This document shows positions 27,367 to 40,081 of a DNA stretch of 64,000 bases, piece by piece. Position numbers and translations under genes: made by a program. Within the stretch, counting starts at the first letter, position 1. Each line of letters begins with the position of its first letter. Origin of the DNA: Syncephalis fuscata S228 (lineage: Eukaryota; Fungi; Zoopagomycota); NCBI GenBank assembly GCA_025786725.1, contig JAHLTZ010000009.1:62001-126000 (forward strand), given 5' to 3'. The notes under the pieces are model-generated. The model saw nothing but the letters and a program-made list of their open reading frames with translations. It searched no databases and was not told where the DNA came from.

Positions 27367-27501
27367 TAGTGTTCCGGCCACGAACTGACTAAGACATCGA
27401 ATTGACTATTTGAATAAATAATGACTCAGTCACTCATTTTGTTTAACTATGCTCATGATATTTACTTTTACATAGTAAAGGCGATAAAGTAAATAGCTGA
27501 A

Positions 27502-28396
27502 GTCTACTTTGTGTCCCCTCCCCTTATTTCGAGTCCCCAAAGTAAAGTTTTATTCCAATTGAAGTCATGCCATTGTTATGCACAGCATAGTTACCTTATT
27601 TTCTATTGAAATATTGCTAATAAATTGATTTTAAATACATAATGTAACATACTATTTGATTTTATTGAAACATTTGAGGTCAACTATTATTATTGTTGGC
27701 CATGTGTAGAAAGATTGATCAAATATTAATAGAAGCCATATAATGGCAATTCCGTGTCATTTCATAGATGTTGTCGCGTTAATATATACATGCTATGTAC
27801 CATTGCATTTTTAACTTTAATTTTGATGCTTGTTAATTAAGTTAAATAAACTGCATAGCCATCATATAAAATATTGTATGTCATTTAACATTATTATACA
27901 ATTTAATTGAATTTATTGGCCATTTAGTATGATTCGTGGTCAAATGACTAGATTTAATAATCTTCAATCTATTAAACATAATGGTGAGTATTTTGGATCC
28001 TGATGTGAATTACTCCTAGTTTCATGTTTAATAATAAAGTCTAATTTAAAAGTGTAAATATTATTAATTGTGACCATTTGACCTCAAATCACAATAGATG
28101 ACTAATAAATTGTTTAATGTAAAAAGATATTTTTATTTAATTAATAAACAAGATATATATACAAGCTATAAATTAAATGACATTGTACATAAAAAGACTA
28201 TGAATAAATTGAAATACTGATGAGGAATTGTTCAAGAGGTAGAATAAAACCGATGGCATAAAAGCGAGTATAATTATAGAACAATGTTGTCAGTAAAGCA
28301 TTGTGCTAATAAGAAAAATAGATGATGAGCAATGGTTAAAGTAAAGTTTAGCCCCATATCCTTTATCCCCAAAAAAGTAGGGGGCTCAAAGTAAAC
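27502..28396. mobile_element. ~0.9-kb TIR-bounded foldback/MITE-like element, internally deleted relative of 1-1878
   Basis: Ends GTCTACTTTGTGTCCCCT (27502-27519) and AGGGGGCTCAAAGTAAAC (28379-28396) are inverted, 15/18 matching. Interior blocks are reverse complements of ~1670-1765, ~1350-1470 and ~145-435, in that order. Confidence 0.55.
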
Positions 28397-28833
28397 CACT
28401 ATGCCGAGATGTCGGTAAAGTCTACTGTTGGCTTTTTATCAGACCAAAGTAGTACGATGAAAGTAGGAACTGTGTGTGTGTGTATTAAAGTGTGTTTATC
28501 GTAATAGCATGCTGCCCTCACATTGTCGGTACCGTTACCGCCGAGGTGACTAATTATAAAACCGATGTGAAAATACACGGTAATTCGTGGTTATTCGGAC
28601 AACTAGTTCCGATTATTCACTGCTACCTAATTGGTGCTAGTATGGTAGGGTGTGTATGGGTGCGTATGCGCTAATTACCGTCAAAAGTAGTCCCGATTAA
28701 GTAAAATTTTATCCACTCTACATTTACACATGGCTCGGTAGCATACACCGGTCCATCCACACCTGCTGAATTAAGCCGTGACGAAGCCTGCCTGAGCTGT
28801 GATCAATATAAGACAGCCACGGTCAATAAAAAC

Positions 28834-29048
28834 CTTGGCTTTTGGTACGAAACTTTTTACTTTCGTAATTCAGATACACCTATTTTCTTGGCCTATCTCA
28901 ACTTACTCTTGGCGCTCATTATTCACTCACTCCTACTCTCTTGGCAGGTGTATAGACACGTGTTTATTTTTGCTACTATAAAGCATCTGTACACCTGGCC
29001 TCTAAGGTCTTTTTATTGTAAACACGTCATATGAAGACATTTCTTGGC
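28834..29048 (+). promoter_or_regulatory. Cluster of six CYTGGC (GCCARG) motifs around a TATA box (TATAAAAG, ~28977)
   Basis: Sites at 28834, 28887, 28908, 28940, 28994 and 29043, all in the same orientation. GCCARG is the PacC/Rim101 consensus. Confidence 0.45.
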
Positions 29049-31476
29049 AGGTACTACCTAGCCAACCACTAATATTGATACTACACTAATTTAACAGTAT
29101 TGCTTAACCGGATTGTAAGTAAGTAAAGTGATATGGGTGCCAATAACACAAAGAAAGAGCAGGATGAACAGATAATGGCGACTACTTGCTCGTGATAAAC
29201 CGAGCATGCATTGACGAATAAATGGATTCCTTATGCATATGCGAGTATTTGCGTATGTCTATGTAACTGATATGTACGCCGATGCGTTGAAAAAAAGGAC
29301 AAAGCATACCAAGTGAACCAGTAACATAGAAAGAAAAGTGAAAGGAAGGGTGTGTGTGGTGTGTGGTGTAAGGAGGGGAAGAATGAACACAGTTTTTTTA
29401 ATTCCTCACCATCATCCATATGGCGTTGCATTTCTTTAATTCGATAATGAGGATTACTCTGTATAGTATTCGTTGTATCTCGGCACTGAACACCCATGAG
29501 GTTAGTGTCTTGGCTCTACACTGCTACTATTGTTATGATTACCTTTTTGTCGTTATGATTACCATAATGGTTGTTATTATTGTTATATTACTATTATGAT
29601 TAATCTATTGCCACTACTATTGTGACTATGGAAAGTGATCTGTATTGGTGTGTTACATGCGCTCATTCATCCATTCGACTTATTGGGCCCATTTGGCAGT
29701 CCGTGAACTAGTCAGTTGGCGGTTAGATAGCTTGTTTGTTAGCTAGCCAGCCTGTCTGCCTGTCTATTTAATCCATTGATTTGCTGCCTATCCATAGACC
29801 ATAGCAACGTTCTAAGAAGGCGTGTATCAGTTTTCTTTTTTTTTACTATTGTATCATCTTAGCAACTACTATTACCACTTTCTAGTTAAAGCACATTTTG
29901 GACGGTCATTCTTCACTTCTATCTCTGGATTTGTTTAACTCTAAGGTACCTTTACTATTACCACCATCACAATTAGCACATAATTCGGTTATTGTCGTTT
30001 TCGAATTGTTTCAAGCGCTGATATTTACAGCGAGGCAGCCTATACTGTAGGCCTTGACAGTTTCCAGACCATTAAACTGGTGGTCAACCCCTTCTCCTCT
30101 TTTACCTGATAAAGTGTAAAAATAGGTTAAACTATTCATTTGTTAATATCCATTTCTTACCTATGTTAATTTCACGTTCTATCGATTTTTCGTTCTATGG
30201 ATTGATCCATCTATACCCGTGACAATAATGTCTCAGCAATAGCCAGTAACACTCCTTTTGTTGCTGTAGGCATTATCAAAAAACTGGCCTATGCAACTGC
30301 CTTTTAGTCTATTTAATCTATAAAAAGATAGATTTTAACAACTATGCTATTACATTTACCACATTTTGTTTCCCCTCTACCATTTCTAGTAACGTTATAG
30401 TGAAATTTACACACACGCACTAGTACGCAAACACTCACTCACCCATGCTGGTAGCAACATTGAACACTGGTACAACATTCAATTTTCATACACGTGACAA
30501 CATCACGCCACGCCATTCATTTGCATTGTTTTCTCCCATTACAATACTATTTTAGTTCTTATTGCCAAAAAGGGATTATCAACTTGTCTACTTTGAATCT
30601 TTACATCGTATTCTCTATAGTCTGGTTGATATTGATTCCGTTCTTTCTTTTAAATTATTTATTTTCTCGTGTTATTCTTTGCACCACCTTGCGTCAGCAT
30701 AGTATACGTGTGTGCCGCCTACTTGCACGTATTTCTATTGTCATAGTATCTTTATAGTTAATGGTATTTTATTATTGCTTTTTTGTAAGTTTTTGTTGAT
30801 ATTTATTATCTGGGGGTCGATGAAATATTTTGCGTAGAACATTCGAATTGCCTTGGCATTAAATATTGGATATTTGAATGTATTGCCTTGTCGTTGTCAG
30901 GTATATAGCTATACTATATAGTGGCTGCTTAACAATAAGATATATTGCGTAGTATCCAAATGTATTCATTCATTTATTTATGCAAAACTGGTATGATTTT
31001 ATATGCATGATTAACGGCGATTTAAGTATTTGTTTGACGTTTTGCAGTGCAAAAAGCACTCTGATGAATCAGTCATGTTTGATTCTTAATAAGTAATGTT
31101 CAGCGACTTTCTATCACTAATTAATTGTTTCGTTTCGTGCTGAATCGGATTCTAAGGCTATTCTGCAATGCATAATCATGCACAATGCAGACAGTTATTC
31201 ACGATGGCTTAAACACTCCTGAGCAATCAATGTCTTGTCGTTGTTGTGACTGTTGCTTCTTTTTCCCCGCTTGCCAAGTGTACCGTTAAACACTTTTGTA
31301 AGCACCTGGTTACTGCGTTATCGCGTACACCATTGCGATTCGAACAGTTACCATTATTGTATTATCCATTGTTACTTATTTGGATGATTGTAGTCTTGAC
31401 TACGCGTTAAATGCTTTTATTTTATAACAATTTACTAACAACTCTCCGCTGCGATTGTACTCGTAGATTTTATTGA

Positions 31477-34400
31477 TTGAAGCTCTGGTTGCTGTGCACG
31501 CCATCAAACTTTAGACAAAACGCTATTGTTTGTGTGTGCGCACGTCCACGCGACTCTCTTCCTTTCAGCCATGACGCAAACCGCTTCAGTGCCTCCCTCT
31601 CCCCTAACGCGGAGGATACGGTGCAGAATAAAGGCAGCTGGTTTAAGGAGAGGCTTGTCCAACGTCGTGGTCGTGGCCAACAAGCGTTGAATAACGTAAG
31701 CTGGAGGCCAGATGTTAAAGATGCCACCACTGTTGCGTTATTCTCGCCCAAAACGAATGAATTAATACAGAGTGACCCGCATACCTCCCAATCACTTAAC
31801 ATACAAACGGTAACAGCTCCGCCAGTATTAACGAAGAGTTGGCCTTTATCGTCAATTGCTGCTATTTGGCCACGTTCTATAAACCGTTCAATGCATCGAT
31901 CAAGCGACTCGTTTTCGCTTAAACGAAGTCATTCAAGACCAATGACACCTCAATCGGCCTCCTCTACATTTACATCCATCTTTACAGGCCGTCGCCGTTC
32001 ACATAGTTTCAATAGCCAACCTAGTACACCTGATACAATTGCTCTACCAACACCTAAATCATTTCGGCATAGCTCATACTTTCCAACAACATCATCGACC
32101 TACCAGTCGGATTCCCCTCCCCCATGGCACTCATCTAGCAATTCACCTCGAGTATCTATAGACTTACCAAGCGACAACACGACAAAAGAGACGACAAAAA
32201 ATGCTAAAGAAATTGTAAAAGATCAACCATTGGATACTGATACCAATGCTACTATTACACTTGAAAAGTTTCCTAGTTTGGAGAAGAATACCAACAACAA
32301 CAACAACACACTTACCAGTGACCAACGTTCAATGAAAAAGCGATTTCCTGAACTTGATGATGAAGTTCACTTGCTCATTGACAGTAAGTTTGTTTAATAT
32401 TATTATTTTGACAATTAATTAACTTTTTGCACAAAAGGCTATGCCTGTGTTTTACAGCGGGATTTACCATGGCACGGTCGTCTTTACATTTGTCCAGGTA
32501 TGGCTTGTTTTTATGGCGTACTTTTTGGTCGCCGTATCCGAGAAGTATTTCCCTTGGGAGAGGTTAAAACAATAGATAAGGAGCTTCGGTTTAAGCTATT
32601 TCCAAGTGCTATTCGCATTTCAATGCATAATGGTCAGGTAGGTTTTATTAACATGGAGTCATTGAATACATATTAATTTAGTATAGGAATGTACATTAAG
32701 ATCTTTTATTAAACGTGATGCGGCATGGAAAGTACTGACCACGGCATGTCAAGCCTATCAACAACCATCGGTAAGTACTTGCATTAATATTGTTACAAAA
32801 ATAGACCATTAATACAATATTAAATAGACTTTACCCACTCCTCTGCCACGCAAACATCGCCGTTCAATTACCTCGATTCTAACTCGATCATCTGACGATT
32901 CAGCAGTTAATCGTGGTATGGAAGCAATGATTACGCCACAAATACAAAAGAACGATCGTAAAGATCAAAGTGATGCTATTACGCACAGCAGTGATAACAA
33001 ATCGCTAGATCGATCACAAAGTGATGTACAGCCTATTAGTGCTGATAATAGCGAACATTTAACACAGCGGCGTAGCCAATCACTTAAACGTGACAACCGC
33101 ACCGTTAATAAGACACAACATCAACACTCAGTTACACTCGATCTATCAAGTGAATCGTCTAGATCGAAGCGTTGTGCTTACACCAAATCGGCTATTATTA
33201 AAAGCTTAACGATAAAAGAGCCGTCGCCTACAATACATCCTGCTACCGCTCCAACGAGTCCAGCGGCATTGTCACCTCCACCGAACTTTGCCAGTGATAC
33301 TACTAGCATGTAAGTTGTAACTATATTATTGGTTAGTAAGTAATTAACATTAGTATCATTTAATTAGTAATGAAGTAAATGATAATCATTTATGTGGCTG
33401 TACCAATCATGGTAAATACAAGCTGCTGGATACTCAACTGGCCATTAAGCCAAATGTAGCATTCCGTGCATTATTTGGTGAAGATGGACATGCTATTCGA
33501 CCCAGTGATCGTGATCAGCGCTGGAACCGTGATAGCAATGGTCATTGGACTGAGCGTGATTTAGCATACACATCATTCTTCCGTCCGTTATCAGGTAAAG
33601 CATTATTACTAATATTAGTATTAATAGCTTATAAAATACTAATAATGGTTGCTATAATAGTACCCAAAAAACTGCCCGTCACCTATGAACACCAGCGCAT
33701 TCGTGCATGTGAACATCAACAGGGCGTTTATATGGTTGACACCTGGACTCGCTTTACAGCCATAACTGCAGCCGATCGTTTAGTGGTTTACGTGCGGTGG
33801 TGTCTTACAGGTACGGCACCCAACGAGCAGGGGATATTTACTAGTACACGAGTGGTGGCAACATCATTTGTTGAGTTTACACGTAAAGTGCTCATTCGTG
33901 AAGGTAAGGCTTTATAACAATAGTATTTAATGATGAAATAGAATATAATTAACCATTAACATCTTAATCCTATAAATAGGTGCTGCAGAACGAGCTGCCA
34001 TGGAACGTATGAGATCTCGTATCCAAGAGTTATCCGGCATGTTAGCGGCTTATGTTAGCCAGCTATCGACACTACACAAGCTAGATGCATTAGCGGATAT
34101 TGGCACGACTACTAGTGCTGATTCGAAGTTAACACACTCTTTAGCCTTGCCTCGAGATAAAGACTCGCAAAGACATTTCAAGTTACAAACGATTTAAAAC
34201 GGTCGTCACCGCCATCTTCAATGACACTTGATGAAACAAAAAAAGATACCAATGACAAAGCTGCACCAGGCTTCCTTCAACGAATACTGATCAATCCTTT
34301 GTTCTGGCTCCTTAATAACCTACCTTCTTTGTTACTGTTTCTACTCATCGCAATTACCATTCAAAATGTTTGGGCTGTTTCACAAGGCAATACGTTGTCA

Positions 34401-34829
34401 GTAGCATCAAGAAAAGTGCCTGCAACTGATGCATTCGCGGAAGTATCGAATCAACCTGATTCTTTTCCTGAACAATGGTTACAGGACCAAAAACATATTC
34501 AAATTGAGAACGCTCTGACTAGAATGTATCAACTGAAGCATCATATTCACCAACTCAGTAACACAGTATCACAATCACATCAAGATACTCATTCGACGCG
34601 TGATATCATATGGACCACACTGGTGGATCAAATAGCCCGAATGGTACACGAGGATCTTCAAGATTACTATCCTACAACGACTACTCAGCCCATTGCCGAA
34701 TCATCTGATATATCAATGCCAGAAGAACTAAGCGATACCTCTTCAGAATTTTTATTGTCCTTGGAACATTTAATCAAGGCTAGAACTACACAAAGAACAC
34801 CCCGTCCGGCAGATTGCGTTTGCTCTTAA
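31477..34829 (+). CDS. GRAM-VASt-TM sterol transfer protein (LAM/Ltc/Aster family), multi-exon, 5' end uncertain
   Basis: GRAM domain KRFPELD...YACVLQRDLPWHGRLYI...CFYG...FPSAIRI...SFIKRDAAW. Divergent VASt beginning CGCTNHG. C-terminal TM segment and coiled coil. Confidence 0.8.
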
Positions 34830-35918
34830 CGAACGTTAGTGCTGTCTTTTACATTTGCATGATTTAAGTTTCTGTTGTACATTATTGTTGTGATGTCGTA
34901 TACTATGACTTTGTTTTCAATTGTTTCATTTATTCACCGATTAATACATTTTATGAGAATTTTGAAAAATGCTTTGTTTATAAATTTTTAAAAATTATTA
35001 TTAATTAAACTTGTAATTTATTATGGCAAATAATTTTTAATTCATCTTTTTTATTTTGTTTATCAAGACAGTGTTTAGTAGCCATTTAATGTAACAAATA
35101 AGCAGTATTTAGAAACCAGTATTGTTCAAATTAGTTAGAAATTCATATTAATATCGTGTAATTGTAGTAGATACTGATACATATTCTATCTATCCATCTA
35201 TTTAATGGTATTGGCTAGTATCAATAATGGTGTAACCGGGTGATACTGTTATGCAGTTACAGTTGCTATTTAGCACACAGCACAGCAAATTATATGAATA
35301 AAAGTATTACAATATGTTGTTTCGAATTGTGGTGGCAATTGTATATTATATCTCTTTTTTAATAGCTGGTGTTCATCACCATATTTTATTAGATAAACAT
35401 ATTGGAGAACAAAGAATAAAATAGTTTATGTTAATTGAACAAAAGATAAGTATATTCAGAAATGCAATATTCAAAAGTGTTGCCAAGTGTTCTAGTACAA
35501 TAGTCAATTTCAAAAGAGTATACGGGGCATAAGGCAAACCCCGCAGAGATAATGATAATTGTTTAAGGGGAGCATGGGCACCTACAATCACATTCAGTGT
35601 CACGCACCATAGTTTAAAACGGCGTGGCAGAAACACTCCGCAATGACGCTGTGTAATGTATATATATGTGCATGGCGTGCATGTGCATTATACCAAAATC
35701 TATCATAATTACAGGCTTCACAAATCCCGCCGCAGTTAAGGCTTTTATAGAACAACGAGTTCAGTACTTTTCTTAGCCAATTCGAACTTTCTTTAACGGA
35801 CTTTGACTTTTCACCTGAACTTGTAGCGCTGGTCGTTATACTAACCTATTTCCATCAACTCTCTTCAACAAACAAGCAAACATCACATTCAATTTACCCA
35901 TTTCCGTTCGCTTCAATC

Positions 35919-37181
35919 ATGTCTCGCTACACTATGCTGGTGACTTTATTGGTGGCAGCTACGATGCTGTCGGCCAGTCCAGCTTTAGCACAGGATGCTA
36001 AGATCTGCAATGGTTCGGCCGATATTGCCGTCTTCCCTATACCGATACACATTTGCCGGTACTCACAACTCGGCCGCTTATGGACTAAGACCCGACTGCA
36101 CAAACATTGAAAAGTGTGATGGTGCACAAAACTTCTGCGTTAAAAGCGAACAACAATGCACTGGAGGTTGGTCCGAAAAGTGCGAAAATACGAGCAAGGA
36201 GTGTGCAAATAAATTGCCAAAATTCCTCGGCGGTTTATGTACTGCCTGGAACACCGTGTGCAAGTCCCCTAACAAAGTATGTGGCGCTTGGAGCACGGCG
36301 TGCAAAGAATCAGTCAACATGTGCAACAAAGGACTCCCCACTATGTGCAAGAATGCTCCAGGATGGATGCGCGAATGCTTTTGGGAAAATCAGCCTAATC
36401 ACGACATTGGTGCTCAGTTGAACGATGGTATTCGTGCATTTGATATTGATACCTGTGTATTGGGTGATGGCAGTGTTGTTACTTGTCATGGTATGGGACC
36501 TTCACGTGCTCTAGGCAGTCCACTCGACAACCATCTAACTCAAGTGCGTGACTTTTTAAAGTCACATCCTAATGAGGTCATTACACTTGAATATAGTGAT
36601 TATGACGGTGATGCCGCAAAGATTGCTGCAATCATTAAGCAAAAGCTTGAAGAATATTTGCCAGGCAAAATGCTTGAACGCAAAAGCAATAGCGATCCTT
36701 GGCCAACACTTGGTGAAATACTTGGACAAGGCAAGCAAGTAGTCGTTTTTTTAGGTCGTCAAATTCCTTCCTTCCCTGATGGTAAGGCTCCAGCATGGGC
36801 TAATGATCGTTTTTCCACTTACGCAAGCACTTGGGCTACACGAATAATGCCCATGACGAAAAGGCAGTGGCTGCGGCAATGATTGATTACGCTAACAAAA
36901 ACGACGGCAAGTCTAACTTGTGGCAATGTCTTGACTTTGAATATTCTCCCGACAAGAAAAGCATTATGGACGATGTTAAGCAGTTAAGACAGCCGGCTCT
37001 TTGCTTAAAGCGTTTGGCCAAAAACATAAACGCACAAATGGATGCTGTATCCAATGCCTACGGCGCCAAATTTCAAAGCATCCATCGTGTTCGCGTAGAC
37101 TATTACTACAACGTTAAAGGGCAGCTACTTAAGGTAGTTGAGCGTTTAAATGCACGTGCTGTAAACAGCATTAAAGCATAG
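35919..37181 (+). CDS. Secreted PI-PLC-like phosphodiesterase with Cys-ladder insert, paralog A (intronless)
   Basis: Signal peptide, CNGS, TFAGTHNS, NQ..QLNDGIRAFDID, VTCHG, PNEVITL, WPTLGE and RVDYY. Two apparent frameshifts (~36030, ~36835). Confidence 0.85.
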
Positions 37182-37824
37182 AAGACTCTTTGGCTCAGTA
37201 CTTATGAATTAATCCATCTTAATGAATTTTATTAAATTTGAATAAACTAATGTCTATGTTATTGTTCCTTGATATTTACTTCAAACATACTATATCATTT
37301 ATTATAATCAAATGGTATTGCAATTGATATTGCATTGATAATAACTTTTATAAATTAGCGTTGGTTTTTTTACATTCTATATATATTATTTAAATAGTAT
37401 ATGCAACATATTATTAAATGTATTGCTACAATTAACTAAATACATAAATATTTGGAGGTTTAATTTAAGCCTCGTTGCATTTATTGTATTTTAATTTTTT
37501 CCATTCAAAACCTTACTCAACAAAACTGTCATCACTGTTAAAATGAGCGCAAAATAGAAAAAAGAACCATGTTTATATACATACACGTTTAAGTTGTAAT
37601 TATACACTTTTTAATACTGTTATTAATATTCATTATAATTTTGTGTGGTTGCAGCAAAAGCGCTTGGTATTTCACATATTCAAGTTATATGCATAGACAA
37701 GGCTAGACCTAAAACCAACTTTGTTAAGACGCAGTCTTAAGCCATGTACTTGACTTTTGTATATACTAGTACTCGAGCTCAATGACTAAAACGCACACAT
37801 GCCATTTTTACTTTGACCTACAGT

Positions 37825-39684
37825 ATGCATACTCTATACTACCAAAAATTAGGCATAATTTTTATTATTTGTTCGTTAATACAGTTTAAATCACCAGCGC
37901 AAACACTACTCTTATAAATGAGTTAGGCAATACGGCTTTTCGTTAAATAACCATTTTTTTATTTGCGGTCTTATTATCGTTATGAAGGCATGGGACTTCT
38001 GTGAGATCTTGAATACAATGACGCAACCGACACCTGCCACTTTTTACCAATCGATGAAAGCAACCTACGTCTTCAACTAGCAGCTAAATAGTTTACTAAA
38101 TATCCAAACTTTGCACTATTTATATTTTACCATACTCCTCTAAATCTATACCGCAAGAAAACAGCAATTCTAGCTGTCATAAAAAAAGTTTACTTACATG
38201 TTTTAGATGGCTGAGTCATTAGGCCGTCTTATGCAGCAACTAACAAGAAATGGATTTCCACTAATCAAACTACTTATTATAGACAAGGACTTTACTTCAA
38301 ATTCTGGATTTAAAAATGACTACATTATGGGCTAGAATGTGCAGCAATACTATGATACGTTAGTTAAATATAGTCCTGTTAAGATTGCAATAATAAATGA
38401 AAGTACTTATATGCTCGAAAGTCAGACAATGATTAAAGGATTTACGGCTTTCCGTTACATCGCCAAACAAGGTAATTGCTCATTATCTTATTATTATTCA
38501 TCGTTAACTTTTCAATATAATCCAGTCCATGGTATGGCATACTTATATCGAAGGGACACATTGCTTACAAAATCACGTATTCTGCAATAGTAAGTAAACA
38601 ACAAGCTGATTGTAACTGATGCTAATTTTACTCACACAAATATTGTTGGTTTTATTATACGCATGTGTTCGCGTCATAATGTTAGCTAAATTGAAAATTT
38701 TGCATTTGAATCTACTTTTAGTATCGTTTATTGTCACCGTTATATATTGCATATGTAGGTACTGGCAATACGTTTAGTGACTAACAACTTATGTGTATGC
38801 ATTAGTTCTTTAATGCATCTGTCTATTCTATATCGGCCGTATATAGCAACTGGATTGCATACCATATACACAATTATATCAGATACACCGTTTGATTTAA
38901 TACTGTGGCATTGGTGTGTAATTAATGTAGCTTAATAACTTGAACTAACAACCGAAAGGTCAATTGTTAATAGAAATTTATTTTCAAAAAGATCTATTAT
39001 ACTACTTCGTTCAACTGTTATACTAAATATTACTCCAAACATTACTCGCATCCTATTTATAATAGTAAACAATAATATGCGTATTAATAAATATAAAATG
39101 TTGTTTAAAGTTTAAATGACTACTTATGCTGTTATGCTTGCATTATCCTGGTTCAATACTATTTTTTTGGTGGATTTGGTAAGTTGAATGTATATTATAT
39201 AAGCCAACCAGTATAATATAACCATTTATTAGCAACATGGTTTGGAGTAAATGCCTATAAACTTAATAATCTCCCTGAAGGTCTTTATCGGTTTATCAGG
39301 ATAAGTAGCAGAATAAAGCAATATGCAAGATATACTAATAGTCATATGCTCCATTAGTTAAAGCTATTTGCATTACTGGGCTTTGCTGCATATATATTAT
39401 TTACAGTATGTTATACTACCAACATTATTGACAAATATTGGTTATCAACTGCCAAAATACTTGCAACAATAGCTGTATTTAATACACCACGTATGTTACA
39501 CGCACTCATATTTTTAGCAATATTTAGCCTACAATGGCCACAGCCAAAAGAGGCCGCTAAAGAAGATCGAATACCACTTGGTGGAATGACAACTATTGAG
39601 TTCCATACAACTACTGAAACAAGGTCATTACATAAACAATTGACTCGTAAATTTGCACAAATAATCAGAAAACAAACAATTTAA
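37825..39684 (+). pseudogene. Pseudogene of a large-ectodomain multi-TM (7TM-like) protein
   Basis: Coding-like frames (YYRYEGMGLL*DLEY..CHFLPID..AAK*FTKYPNFALFI; QLTRNGFPLIKLLI...G*NVQQY; PFDLILWHW) are interrupted by in-frame stops at 38002, 38089 and 38333. The 3' half is hydrophobic. Confidence 0.55.
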
Positions 39685-40081
39685 ATAATTAAGGATTATT
39701 GGTATAATCATTAATAGTCAATTAATAAAATAATCGCTCTTTATCTCATACATACAATAGCTTTCATTATTTTATTTTTATTTTAATAATTATATTACAA
39801 CAATCATATGAGTCAACGTGTATAATACTGATAATGGCTACAAAGCAAGTAGATTAGTATTTTATTTTGATTTAAATCCCATTGCAAAAGTTCACAAACT
39901 CACAATTTTTAGTTTGTTTAAACTTTTTACAATTTTTAGCGTGCAAAAAAAGCGAATTAATAATTACCAAATATGTTAATTACATCACTAAGCATCCAAA
40001 AATAGACTCATCAAGAAAAACTCCCTTAGTAATTTACTTTTAACTATTACAACTGCTCATTCTATAATTATCGTTTTGTTT

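Noticed and set aside
28725-28805. GC-richer stretch resembling a tRNA or other structured RNA
   Set aside because: No cloverleaf or T-loop GTTCRA could be built. No tRNA or rRNA was recognised anywhere in the window.
36078-36421. Overlapping antisense and alternate-frame ORFs on the PLC-like, ACS, TRF4, DAO and 60-kb genes
   Set aside because: Shadow ORFs of real coding sequence with no independent motifs.
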